This document shows, piece after piece, positions 49,320-63,491 of a stretch of DNA of 64,000 nucleotides (positions are counted from its first letter, which is position 1; every line of letters begins with the position of its first letter). The translations under genes and the position numbers were made by a program. This DNA is from Malacoraja senta (Eukaryota). Under the pieces are notes generated by a model, which worked only from the letters and a program-made list of their open reading frames with translations, did no database searches and was not told the origin of the DNA. The stretch covers positions 16,804,001 to 16,868,000 of the forward strand of contig CM075988.1 in the NCBI GenBank assembly GCA_038087875.1. Reading direction: 5' to 3'.

Positions 49320-52300
49320 ATATGCAGGGCAAGGTTATTTTTAATACAGAGGGTAGAGGGTGCCTGGAGCAAACTTACGGGGGCAGTGGTGGAAAAAGAT
49401 ACAAGACTGGTATTTTAAGAGAGTTTTAGATGGACATATAAATATGCAAGGAATGGAGGGATATGGCTGACATGAAGGCAGAGGAGATTAGTTTAACATG
49501 GCAAGATGTTAGTGGCATTTAAACGACTTTTGGATCGGCATATGATTATACAGGAAATGGAGGGATATGGGTTATGTGCAGATAGGTCAGTGATGGTCTT
49601 GGTATCATGTTCGGCACAGACATGTAGGCTGAAGGATCTGTTCCTGTGCTGTACTTTCCATGTTCCACAACTAACCCACAGGAATTGAATCTTGGTATTA
49701 GATGATCAAAACTGAAAACAAAGACAGTCAATTCTCCTCCCACCCAAAAGGCAAAAAAAAAGGGTTATTCGTGCGTTTTCTCCAAAATGGTAACAAACTG
49801 TGGGCAATTTGGAATATTTTCCTCGTTCATTTCAATGACAACTCTAAAGACTATGGGAAAGATGAGCTTTAAACAATGCAATAACTTAGCTTTAAAATAT
49901 ATCCCAAACATTCATTATTGTATAGTAATTGCACGTCATGTAATTACAGCCTTATCAAAAATTAATGAACAGGTTATGGTCCTGAAATTACAGGAGGTTT
50001 TTATTAATTCAGTACTACAGCCAAGCAACTGTCTGATCATCAAGTGGTAATTAATAATTTAGGACAAAGGTAGAACAGTTTTACCAAAAGCTAAACACTT
50101 CCCTCCGTCGCTCAATCACCAAATGCACAGGTTTCTCATGGCGTGGGCCAGACGGACCAGGTGACTCCCACATTAGATATCCTGGGTTGGACCTAAGCCA
50201 GAATTCCCACTCAAGATCGCCTTTCTAGAATCTAAAAATGGAACGAGACTACGGGCAAAAGCTGACTTGGAGGAATTGTTCAGCAATAACATTTTACTCA
50301 TGTGTCTGGACAAGAACTGATGGGCAATGTAAGAGGTCTATCATCCTTACCTCCACTCCACACAGTGAATCCAACTCCACACAGACAGCACCCGTGGCCA
50401 GGATTGAACCCTGGTCTCTAGTGCTGTGAGGGAGCAGTTCTACTGTGTTGCCCTACAAAATATCATATAGTCAAAGAGAGATACAACACAGAAACAGGTC
50501 CTTTAACTCCTACTGCCTGTCAAACTCACATTTTCTTTCTAATGGCAATCCTGCCATAACACATTTCACTTTCCCCACATTTGCATCAATTCCGCCTCCG
50601 ATTCTATCCCCTGTCTAAGCACCAGAAGGGCCCAAATGGCAGAAAACCCCACAGGTGCAGTACCCGAAGTCAGGATCGATCCCGGGTCTCTGGAGCCTTG
50701 AGGCAGTGGCTCTACCAGCTGCACCACCAGGTCATAAGGTCATAAGGCCCTAAGGTATAGGAGTAGAATTAGGCCATTCGGCCCATCAAGTCTATTCCAC
50801 CATTCAATCACGGCTGATCTATCTCTTCCTCTTAACCCCATTATCCTGCCTGATCCCCATAACCTCTGATACCTGTACGAATTAAGAATCTATCTATCTC
50901 TGCCGTAAAAATATTCACTGACAGCCTCCACAGCCTACTGTGGTACAGAATTCCACAAATTCACCACCCTCTGACTAAATACATTTCTCCTCATCTCCTT
51001 CCCAAAGGTACATCCCCCAATTCCAAGGCTATGACCTCTAGTTCTAGACTCCCACTAATGGCAACATTAGAGGTCGCCCAAAGCCTGCAAAAGCCCAGCA
51101 AGCCACTCATTTCAAGAGGATTTGGAATGGGCAATAAATGTTGGTCGTCATTTGCCAGATGTCGAGAGTGTTTAATTGGAATTAACGGAACAATGAAATT
51201 CTTACTTGCAGCAGCATACCAGATCTGTAAACACAGTACTTATGGGGCAGCACAATGGCGCAGCAATGGAGTTGCTGCCTTACAGTGTCAGACCTGTGAC
51301 CATGTGGGTTTTCTCTGGGTGCTCTGGTTTCCTCCTACATTCCAAAGACATGCAGGTTTGTAAGTTAATTGTCTTTGGTAAAAGAATTGTAAATTGTCCC
51401 AAGAGTTTAAGATAGTGCTAGTGTACGGGGATCTCTGGTCGGCACGGACTCAGTGGGCCGAAGGGCCTTTCTCTAAAGTCTAAAGTGAAGTCTAAACGTA
51501 ACACAATAAACAAAAGAAAATTCAAAATTCTTTATATCAACAAAAGGATCAGGAATAGGAAAGCTCAATGCCCAGAAACGACCAGAAACTATATTTAACA
51601 CAGAGAAACAGGCACGGCTTAGAGGGATATGGGCAAATGCAAGCAGGTGGGACTAGCGTCGAAGGGACAACCTGATCGGCATGGGCAAGTTGGGCCATAG
51701 GGCCTGTTTCTATGCTGTGTGACTCTATAAATATGACAACATAAATGCAACCTACTCCATGGACCATTTCCAGCAATCTAATCTTTTCCTAAACCCAAAT
51801 TTGTTAAAAGAAAATCAGGAAACGTACGACTATAAACATAATATTCAATCAAGCACTTATGTTCTGTTTTCTGTTACGACAGACAATAAAGTTTTCTGAA
51901 TCTGAATCTGAATCTGAATGATATACACACTGTCCACTGAACACCCCAATATGTAATTATTTATTTCCCATTGGGAAATTATTATATAAAAATTTAAAAA
52001 ACGTTTTTTTTAAAATAAAGATGCAAAGATTTTGACTCCATAAAATTGTGTGACAATAAAAATGTTTTAATTAAGACTTGAATTTCAGGGTTCAAAGAAC
52101 CTAAACCCTGAAACTCTGCTCTCACAGATGATGGCACTATTGAGCCAGTTGTCTCAGTACAGTATGTTTAAGAAGGAACTGCAGATGCTGGAAAATCGAA
52201 GGTTGACAAAAATGCTGGAGAAACTCAGCGGGTGAGGCAGCATCTATGGAGCGAAGGAAATAGGCGACGTTTCGGGCCGAAACCCTTCTTCAGACAGTAA

Positions 52301-55300
52301 TTGTCTTCTATGTTTCAGTGCAGTCTTTGCTCACGCAGATGACTGATTGGAAGACAAGGTGAGAGGTCATCTCACTCTGTTTGTAGTCACTGTCCGCCTC
52401 CTGGACCGTGGCTGTGCTGCAAACTCAACCTACTGACCTCATCTGCTCAAGTATTCAATCTGTACTCCAGATAAGGCTCGTGCATGAGTCAGTTTTGCAC
52501 TATCGTGTTTTATGGCTCTGCACAAAGCCAATTATCCCCGTTGCAGCAGATGGCATTCACTATACAATCAGGGGGAAAAAACTGTTAACTTCCCCCTTGA
52601 ATATTAAACAAAAAGTCTTCAAAAGTTCCCGATCTGTAAGCAATAGGTCACAGCCTAAGTTCAGTGCAAGTGAAGATGGACACAAAATGCTGAAGTACAG
52701 TAACTCAGCGGGACAGGCAGCATCTCTGGAGAGAAGGAATGGGTGACGTTTCGGATCAAGACCCTTCTTCAGTGCAAGTGCCTGTGTTTGCTGCTTTTTG
52801 ATATGCAGCCGGAGGTTTGCGACATTAGCTCCTTTCCAATGACTTTATCAAAATGAATGCAAGGACCTCAGGACGGCACCGAGAAAGTGTTGCAGTGTGA
52901 GGGGTGCTGTCTTCCTACATTGACATCAAACCAAACACCCTCATGAACTCTCAGAAAGTTACTAGGACACTACGCTTCAGCTCAAGGTACAAACATTACT
53001 GTTTGTGGAGCTTTCTGTGCACATATTCACTGTTAACCTCCTTATAGTATAACCGTGTCCATGATTCAATACTTCTCTGGTTGTAAAGCTCATTTGGAAT
53101 GTCCCAAAGCTCTGAAAGGCACTATTTAAATGCAAATTTCCCCTTTGATATATGTATTCTAGATGAACAATTCAATGTACCAAGTCAAAGTGTTTTAATC
53201 ATTAAATTATTTTAATACCACAATGACTTTGTTGCCATCAGTAAATGTGCTTAATTGGATTTTGAGTTATGGCTATAAAATAATGAGTCCAGTCGAATTA
53301 TAAGTAGGGCCACCACTTAGTAATGTCTTAACATGCATTATTACTCTGTCACAAACACTGTTCCTGGAACTATTACTAATGAGATGCTCACATATTCATG
53401 TCCAGCTAGGTCTCCGTGGAACCATATTTCTTCATTTTAAATGTTATGCACATTCTGGTTAGAGCACGTGGATATTTCCACTGCTGGGAACAAGACGATA
53501 GGATGAAAGCTTTCTGCGTAATGGCGCGAATGCTAAGTACTCTACGTTCTTGACATGGTACCGTGGGAGTGCTCACAGCTCAGAGCAAGGGGCTATTGCT
53601 TCCAGGTGTTTAAAATACAGTCTTTGCTTCTAACAAGCCCCACAGCCCAGAAACAGTTGCTTTGTGTTGTTTTCTTTTCCACTGTTCTACAATGTAAAAT
53701 AATTTTTACACAACTGAAATACTGTGATAACTATGTGTTTAAGAAGGAACTGCAGATGTGATAACTAGTTAGAAAACATACAAGGAAAAATTAAGAGAGG
53801 TAGGCCACTTAGTCTCTCACCGGGATCAAGGTTGTCCTGAATGCAACTTTTTCAACTGAACCCATTTTCCCGTTGACTGTATCTGCTGCAAACTTTCACT
53901 TCCATGTTTATCAAATATCTATCTACATCTGCCTTAAACCTTTTCAGAATTTCTTCCTCATAGGATAGTTGAAGCTGGGTTCCAAAGACTTGCAAACCTA
54001 GAAAGTATTGTTTTATTTTTCAGTGTAGTTTAGAGATACAGCGTGGAAACAGGCTCTTTGGCTCACCGAGACCGTGCCGACCAACAGTCACCCCGTACAT
54101 TAACACTATACTACATTTCAGAGACAAGTAAACTACCAACCTGTACCTAGAAACATAGAAAATTGGTGCAGGAGGAGGCCATTCGGCCCTTCGAGCCAGC
54201 ACCGCCATTCATCGTGATCATGGCTGATCGTCCCCAATCAATAACCCGTGCCTGCCTTCTCTCCCATATCCCTTGATTCCACTAGCCCCCAAGAGCTCTA
54301 TCTAACTCCTGTTTGGAATGTGGGAGGAAACCGGAGCACCCAAAGAAAACCCACGCGGTCACGAGGAAAACTCAAGGAACATTCAGACAGCACCCATAGT
54401 CAGGATCAAACCCAGGCCTCTGACACTGTAAGGCGGCAACTCTACCACTGCACCACTGTGCCGCCCTAGTCTTAAATGGGTCACCCCCTTATTTTTAAAC
54501 AGTGACCCTCAGTTCTCCACAAGGCAACACCCTGTATGCACCCTTTCAGGATCCTACATCTTTTAATCGAGTCAGTGGATGCAAGCCAAATTTTTTTCCG
54601 GGAAGTTATCCTGCTATTCCAGACACGTCAAAGAAACCTTTTTATGAACAGATTCCAATACATTAAATCTCCGTTAAATTTGGAGCCATCGATGTATGCT
54701 GCTCTCCAGATACTGTCTCACTGTTGCCCTATATAACCGGAGCATAACCTCTCCATTTTTGCATTCAATTTGCTAAGTAACAAACAATAACATTCTGTTA
54801 ACTTTCCTAATTACTAGGTGTACCTGCACATTAGCCTTTTGTGAATCATGCACAAATTATCATGCATCTCAAAGCTCCACAATTTCTCATCATTTAGAAC
54901 ATTGACCTTTTTGTTTTTCCTTCTAAACTGGACAATTTCACATTTTTCCACATTGTTCCACGTTTACTATTTCTTTGCCCACTTATTTAATGGGTGTCCT
55001 TAAATCCTCTTCACAACTCACTTTTCTTCCTATCTCTGTACCACCAGCAAATTCATCAACCATTACTTCAGTGCCATCAAAACTATTTAGATAAATAGTA
55101 AAAAGTTTTGATTAAATTGATTGAAAGATGCAGCCTTTTGGCCCACCGGGGCCACGCGGACTAACAACCATACGTTCACACTAATTCTATGTTATCCCAC
55201 TTTCTCATCAACTCCCTACTCAGTACAGGGAATTTTCAGAGGCCAATTAACCTACAAGCAAGCACATCTGTGTGATGTGGGAGGAAAGCAGAGCACCCAG

Positions 55301-55882
55301 AGGATACTCTCACAGTCATACCCCCACCGACTACATGCCAACCAGCGATCACCCCATACACCAGCAGAATCCTGCACATTATGGACAATTTTACAATTTT
55401 TAATGAAGGCAATTAACCTACAAACCTGAATGTCTTTGAAGTGTGGGAGGAAACCAAGCACCCAGGGAAAACCCATGCTGGTCACGGGGAGAACATACAA
55501 ACTCCGTACAGACAGCACCCGTAGTCTGGATCAAACCCGGATCTCTGGTGCATTGAGGCAGCAACTCTAACGTTGTGCCTCCATGCCATCGTTAGAACAG
55601 TGAGGTTACAGCACCCAAATCAGCATAGCTTGCTCTCTCAGCACTGACCTGGGACCTGCAATGTTAGTTAAATACTGATCTGAAACTTTATTTAAATGCT
55701 TCCTTCAACATTAAAGCTACCCCACCACAAGCACAGTTCCCTCTGGCTCCTGCCGATTGCATCCTATCCCCTGGTCCCTTCTCACCAGCCAATTTCATGG
55801 TCCCCAATCACATGCCTATTTCTACTCTTACTCTCTGATCCTGGTTTTCACCCATCCCCACAGCAATGCATGTGCATCCGAA

Positions 55883-56160
55883 AGGGCCTGTCCTACTTGG
55901 CGATTTTTTCGGCGACTGACGGCGTCATATCGGTGTCGCCAAAAGATTTTGAACATTTCAAAATCCAGCGGCGACAAAAAAAAATGTTGCGACACTTGAA
56001 AAAACACTGCACGTCAAACGTCATCACGCCGCCTCACCGCCGTGTCACGACGCATTACGCCGCATCACGCTACATCACGCCGTGAATTTTTCGGTGACCT
56101 GATACGTCAGTCAATGATGCCGGCAGTCGCCGAAAAAAATCGCCAGGTGGGACAGGCCAT
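55883..56160. mobile_element. PIF/Harbinger-type MITE, different subfamily
   Basis: AGGGCCTGTCCTACTTGGCGATTTTTTCGGCGACTG / CAGTCGCCGAAAAAAATCGCCAGGTGGGACAGGCCAT; flanks GAA and TAA. Confidence 0.85.
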
Positions 56161-59149
56161 TAACACCAGCGCCCCTAACCACCTCCAAGTTATGGTTTAG
56201 TTTAGAGATACAATGTGGAAACAGGCCCTTCAGCCCACTGAGTCGGTGCCGACCAGCGATCCCCGCATACTAAGATACCCAGATACCCAAGATACTAACA
56301 CCATCCTACACATACTAGGGACAAATTACATTTATACCAAGTCAATTAACCTACAAACCTGATTGTCTTTGGCGTGTGGGTGGAAACCAAAGATCTCGGA
56401 GAAAACCCACACAGGTAACAGGGAAAAAGTACAAACTTCATACTGACAAGCATCCGTAGTCAGGATTGAACCCGGGTCGCTGACGCTGTAAGGCACTAGT
56501 TCTGCTGTTATCACGGTGCCACCCCAATCATGCTATGCTGTTATCTTATGATAACAGTAAGTCCTTATCCTTTTCAATCATCGTTCCCAGGAACTACAAC
56601 CCCCCCCCCCTCCCCCCATCCATCAGCCAACCTCAAGAACTTGGACTCTAAAAGTGACCATAGCCTGCACGGTTTTGAATGTGATGATGTGACTACAAAC
56701 CATATATATTATGCTATACTACATTTAATGTCATGAAATCATACAGCCCAACACATCCGTGTCAACCAAGAAGCCCAATCCAGGCTAGTTCCATTTGCCC
56801 AGGAATGACCCATATCCCACTAAATCTCCTGCCCATTTCTTTTAAATGGTGTTTTTGTACCTGTCTCAATTATGTCATCTGGCGGATCGTTCCATATATG
56901 GTGGGGGTATGGAAAAAGCTGCTAGAGGTCGTAGTTGAGGCAGGGACTATCCCAACGTTTCAGAAAGAGTTAGACAGGTACATGATTTTGTACACCTTCA
57001 TAAGGTCACCTCTCGGCATCCTAGGCTCCAGAGAATGAATTCCTAGCCTGCCAAACCTCTGCCTATAACACAAGCCCCTGAGTCCCGTTAACATCCTTGT
57101 AAATCATCTCTGCACTCTTAAAAAAATAATGTATATATTTCCTCTTTCAGACTCTCCTACATAGTTCTGGGATTTTCAGTGTGGCATGAAAAAGCAGCCT
57201 TGTTCAAGTCATACTCAACTGTACATCTGTACAATAAGTCTCAAATTTAAGGACCAAAGTTGTCAGAATTCATCGTTGTAACCAAGAACGTGGACCTCAG
57301 TTGCAAATGGGTTTTGCTGTTGTTGAAAAATTGATTCATTTTCTAGCTAACTCTGTGCTGTGGTTGTGAGCAAAAAATCCCAAGTACCTGTATATGAATA
57401 AAGGGATGAGAAGGCGTGTGTCTGGCATAAAACCATGCATGTACAAGATGCAATGAATGGGAATGCAAATTCTACATCGTTCTTGGGTGGCACAGTGGCG
57501 CAGCTAGTAGAATCACTGCCTCACGGTGCCAGAGACCCAGGTTCAATCCTGACCTCAGGGGCAATCTATGTGGGGTTTGCATGTTCTCCCCGCGACAACT
57601 TGGACAGGTACATGGATAGGAAAGGTTTAGAGGGACATGGGCCAAACACAGCCAGGTGGGACTAATGTAGATGGGGCAATACGATTGGCACGGGCAAGTT
57701 GGGCCGAAGGGCCTGTTTCTGTGCTGTAAGACTATGACCTTGGATTCCCCTTGGGTGCTCTGGTTCTCTCCCACAGCTGAAAGGTGTACGGATGAGTGCG
57801 TTAATTGAACACTGTAAACTGCCCTTAGTGTGTAGGTGAGTGGAGGAATTTGGGGAACTAGCAGGGGGGCAGAATAAAAATAATTGGATGAATGTGGATT
57901 TAGTGTAAGTGAGTTCTTATGGTCAGTGTGGCCAGAGGGCCTGTTTCTATGTTGTATCTCTCTCTGACTCCATAGAAACATAGAAAACAGGTGCAGGAGT
58001 AGGCCATTTGGCCCTTCGAACCAGCACCACTATTCAATATGATCATGGCTGATCATCCAAAATCAGTGCCCCGTTCCTGCTCTCTCCCCATATCCCTTGA
58101 TTCCGTTAGCCCGAAGAGCTCTATCTAACTCTCTCTTGAAAACATCCAGTGAATTGGCCTCTAAACAAAGAAGAGTTTACAACAGTATAGAAATGGATTC
58201 ACACAGAGGTAAACATTTCGGGTTCCCAACCAAATCTACATCGATTCAGTAGATTGGGTTACTGAGTAATGGAAAGAAAATGGGATTTGAGCAAATAATG
58301 CAATTGGCACTCACACGTAGGGGAAGCAATGAGATTGACTGAATGGTCAACATACACAGTCATTTTTTTCCACTTGAATATGTGTTCCTTCCCTTTCTAC
58401 CTGATGAACCTTTGAGAGGAGGGGGGGGGGGGGAACTACTGCAGTTTTTGACAGATATAAAAGATGCCAAGCTCAATGAGTTGTCTCAGCTGACAGCGTG
58501 CTTCACTGAATGCTGTTGTCAGAAACAGAATTCAGAGGCAGACAAAAGAAAGTGGAGGTTTGTCACAAAGAATAGTGAAGTACAGGGGGATGGATGTGTG
58601 CAGAGGGCTAGGACTGGAAGAAAGAATCAACTGGGCAGCTAACTGATGAGCTGCAGCAGGATTAATACGTCTCCATCATTAGGAGAGGCAGGTAAAAGCT
58701 CCTGACAGAGCTGATTAAGCAAGCGCGAAGAGAGGTTTGTGTACAGACTGCGCTCTGCCGAGGCTGTCCCGGGGCAGCCTGAAGGCACTGGCTGTAACCT
58801 TGCATTTGCATAACTGAAGTGAGTGGCTACATGAAGCGAAGGGGTGCAGACTGCTGAATCCTCCACCACTGCCCTAACCTGATGAACCCATCAGAACCAC
58901 TCAACCATCAGTGCCTGACGGGAGACGGGAGATGGGAGACGGGAAATGGCGTATTGGAGAACGCGTCTCAACCCACAGGCTGATCTATCCCCCCCCCCCA
59001 CCCACCCCCCTCACACGCACACACTCACTAACCCATCCCCTCCGGCCCTACACCCCTATTCCTTACAATTAACAACTGCCTGCCTGCCATGCACGGTTGA
59101 TTGGCCCTGAAGTCGTGGTTCACTTGTCTCTGCGCAATTTATAGACAGA

Positions 59150-59860
59150 GTCATAAGTTCATAAGTTCCAGGAGCAGAATGAGGCCATTCGGCCCATCAA
59201 GACTACTCTGCCATTCAATCATGGCTGATCGATCTTTCCCGCTCAACCCCAGTCTCCTGCCTTCGCCCCATAACCCCTGACACTCATACTAATCAAGAAG
59301 CTGTCAATCTCCATTTTAAACATATCCATTGACCTCGCTGCCACAGACTTCTGGGGTAATGAATTCCGCAGATTCACCACCTTCTGACTAAAGACATTTC
59401 TTCTTATCTCCTTTATAAAGGTACGTCCTTTTATTCTGAAGCTATGGTCTCTGGCCTTAGACTCCCACTCTCCACATCCTCTCCACATTCACTCCAGCCA
59501 GGCCTTTCACTATTCGGTAAGTTTCAGCTCATCCTTCTAAACTCCAGTGAGTACTGGCCCAGTGCCGTTAAACGTTCGTCATATGTTAACCCAATCGTGC
59601 CTGGGATCATTCTCGTAAACTTCCTCTGAACACTCTCCAACGTCAGAACATCCTTCCTCAGATATGGGGCCCAAAACTGCTCACAATACTCCAAATGCGG
59701 TCTGACCAGTGCCTTATAAAGCCTCAGGATTACATCCTGTTTTTGTATTCTAGCCCTCTAGAAATAATGCTAGCATTGCATTTGTCTTCCTTACTACCGA
59801 TTCGGCTTGAAACTTAACTTTTTGAGAATCCTGTTCCAGCACTCCCAAGTCCTTTGTACC
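59150..59860 (-). mobile_element. CR1 3' fragment
   Basis: ORF 59243-59488 matches the CR1 ORF2 end; ATAAGTTC tail repeats. Confidence 0.85.
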
Positions 59861-60121
59861 TCCAAAGTCATACAGCACAGTAATACCCTTCGGCCCACCT
59901 TGCCCATGTCCACATGCCTATATTCATACAATTTACCGGCACTTGTTCCATAGTCCTCATCCTTTGCCAATTTAAGTGCTTTGCAAAATTAAATTTCGGG
60001 AATAAAGTACACATCAACACCCGTTCCCATCATCAGGTTTGTGATGGTCTGGATCCTATCATTTTAACCGATCAGTGATTATCACTGTGGGGATTTTACT
60101 GCAAGAACAGCCAGACAAGGC

Positions 60122-60630
60122 GTTCTTGGTTCTTGGTTTCTTGGTCCTCCAAAATATTCCAAATGGAATTTAAACTGGAGGTGGTGGAGGGAGGACTTAA
60201 GCCAGAAAGGGTTTTTGGGAAGAAAGAGCTACCTTAAATTTAGTTGCATCTGGTTGGGTAACTATAGTAGGGTGGAGATTATTCCATGCTTTAATTGTGC
60301 GGGGGAAGAATGAATTGCTGTACACATCTGTCTTGGTAGCTGGAATCACAAATTGGATCGAATGCCCTCGTCTGCTCCTAATTGGTTTGGGTTTGGTGTA
60401 GGTCTTGTAATCTATGTCGAGCTGACCATTTAACATTTTGTAAAAACAGGTCAAACGGTGAGCTTCACGTCTGTCTTGGAGAGGGTTCCGCCCCAGAGAA
60501 TTCAGAAGTTTGGTAACACTCGCTTCTCTCTCTCATAGGTGTTAGTAACAAATCGAGCTGCCTGTCTTTGGACACGTTCGATGGAAGAAATGTTTTTGAT
60601 TGTGTATGGGTCCCATGCTGCAACTGCGTA
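60122..60630 (-). mobile_element. CR1-group LINE 3' fragment of a lineage distinct from HER1
   Basis: YAVAAWDPYTIKNISSIERVQRQAARFV...RLTCFYK...SFFPRTIKAWNNL; (CCAAGAA)n tail. Confidence 0.82.
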
Positions 60631-63491
60631 GTTATTCTGAATTCAAATGTAGTTATACACCAGGGCCAACTCCTGAAGTTGGGTCTTAGAGATGGGGGAG
60701 CAGTTGAACAAAATTAAAGAGTCTGAAGACCAAGTCTCAACATTGGATCTGAAGAAGGGTCCCGACCCGAAACATCACGTGATGTATTCAAGAGTGAGTT
60801 AGATAGATGTATTCAAGAGAGAGTTAGATATAGCTCTTAGGGTTAACTGAATCAAGGGATATGAGGAGAAAGCAGGAACAGGGTACTGAATGTGGATGAT
60901 CAGCCATAATCATATTGAATGATGGTGCTGGCTCCTGCACCTGTTTTCTATGTTGCTAAGTCACCCATCCTTTCTCTCCAGAGATGCTGCCTGACCTGTT
61001 GAGATATGCCAGCACTTTGTGTCTATCTTGACCAAAATTAGGCAAGTGGCAATTTGAGTCATGATTTGCTTTAAGTCCAGCTCAGCTCAATAGCATCCTC
61101 TTTGCCCAAGTCAATAATCCTAGGGATGAGGAGGATACTCTACAGGACATCAATAGTCTATCAATCAGGCACTGCAGTCCTGCATTGTTGAAGTCACCAT
61201 CTCTCAGATGCAACGTTAAACCAAAACAGCATTGATCCAGGTAGCGGGATTCTACTCCGCTGAATATTGTTATCATGGAAGAGGAAAAGCAAGGATCGAT
61301 CTCCCCATGTCCTGGCTAACATCCCCAAAAAACAAAAGAAATAGCTGGTGATTCACCATATTGGCGTTTGTAGATTGGCCAAATTGGCTGCCCACAAAAT
61401 GTTTTTAAAAACGCACACTTCATGGGTTATTTATCGGTGGTAAAACATCAGAAGGATGCTGGATGCTCTATTTCTTTCAAGTTGCAGGAGACTCAGGTTT
61501 GTCTAGTTTACTTGTAACAATAGAAAAGTGCAATGTTCTGATTCAGAGTGGGGCAGGGTTGGAATCAAGGGTTTGGGGAGAAGACACAAGAGAGTGCAGA
61601 TGCTGGAATCTTGAGTAACTAAAAAAGTGCTACAGGAACTTGGCGGGTCAGGCAGCATCTGTGGAGGGAATGGACAGAAGATGTTTCAGGTCGGAATCCT
61701 TTTTCAGACTAAAGATTCGGGAGGGTTCAGTGATCTGAAGCAGGACAGGCTGGTAAGAGACAGTTTAGTTTAGTTACAATGGGAAACAGGGCCTTTGGCC
61801 CACCGAGTCCACGCCGCCCAGCGATCGACGTACACCAGCAATATCCTACACACTAGAGACAATTTATAATCTTTACCAATTAACCGACAAAGCTGTATGT
61901 CATTTCAGTGTGGGAGGAGACCAGAGCACCCGGAGAAAACAGGGAGAACGTACAAACTCCATACAGACAGCACCAGTAGTCGGGATCGAACCCGGGTCTC
62001 TGGCGCTGTAAGGCAGCAAATCTACTGCTGCGCCACTGTGCCATCCTTTTAACAGGGGCTGTGCAGCCAAATTTCTGAGCCTACAGGTTGCAACTGAATA
62101 AGGAATTCTGGTCGGAATTCATCAAACATGTGGGCTAAAGTTGAGACAAATGCGTCTATTCTGGATGAAGTTCACGGACTTGCTTTGAAGTAATCCTCAT
62201 CATGACAACTAACTATCACGCACTACTATGGATGTACCATGATCCAAGGTGGACACCTCATGAACAATAACCACGTTACAGACCGTTCCCAGCCAAACTA
62301 TGCCAGTAACTTACTGTTCCCCAAAACAGGGAATTTTCCTTTTACTGATTTAGCCACAGCGGACAATTTGATGAGACTGCAACATGCAGTTTTCTTCTTG
62401 CGTATGGCGTGCACAGCCTTAAGTTGTAGGACAACTTGTTCTGTTTGATCTTATTTGATTGTGCACGCCGGGTTGATTGCATTCGTCGAAACAGGGCGGA
62501 CCACGTGAAGGTTGCAGTCTCCCACCCCCAACATGCAGCAAGACAACCCCTTGGAATTTATTGTTAACTGTAGGATTATTAAATGTATTTTGTTTATTGG
62601 CGGCACAGTGGCACAGCTGGTATAACTGCCGCCTCCGCGCCAGAGATCCGTTTAGATCCTGAACTCAGGTACTGTCTGTGTGGAGTTTGCATGTTTTTCT
62701 CGTGACTGCGTGGATTTCCTTCCGTTTCCTCCCTCATCTGAAAGATGTGCAGGCTTGTCAGTTAATTAGCCTCAATAAATTCCCCCTAGCGTGCAGGGAG
62801 TTGATGAGAAAGTGAGATAACATAGAACGGCTGTGAACGGGTGATCGATGGTCGGCGTGGACTAGGTGGGCCGAAGGGCCTTCCTCGGTGCTGTATCTTT
62901 ACAAAATACATAGCTGCTGTGTTTCATTCACCTGGCTTTCCTTGGCTTTGGCCAGCAAACATCACTTACTGTAAGCACATTGTACAGTAAGACACAGAGG
63001 CAAAATCTCCTTCAGATAAGCAAGGTTCTTCCGAGGTGTGATCCAGCACCGGAATAATGCGATTTGTTCCCAGTCACCCTGTGGGAATGGGCTGACTGCT
63101 GGAAATTACCCCATAGGTAATTCTAGTGATAGGTTTACTGTGACCAAAGCTGACAGCCAAGCGCAGCACAGCGGTGGACTTCGAGTCTCTTGACCTTTTC
63201 AAAATGGGTCGCGTTGGGAAAGTATAAATAAACTGATCAACTGCAGCAACTCTTCATGTGTGGAGTTTCCAAACGCTTTAACAGCCAGTGTTGATGATGT
63301 CAGCAGCAATTAGTTATAGAGTTTGACATCACTGTCGTAAAAGGGTCAATTCTGTAAAAAAAAACTTGTGCAATCGACGAACCTCAAACAACCACACAGC
63401 AATAACTACTTGCATTTGCAGGGCACCTTTAATAGAGCAACATGTCCTGAGGCACCTCACAGGATTACCACCAAACACAAATTAAATCCAG

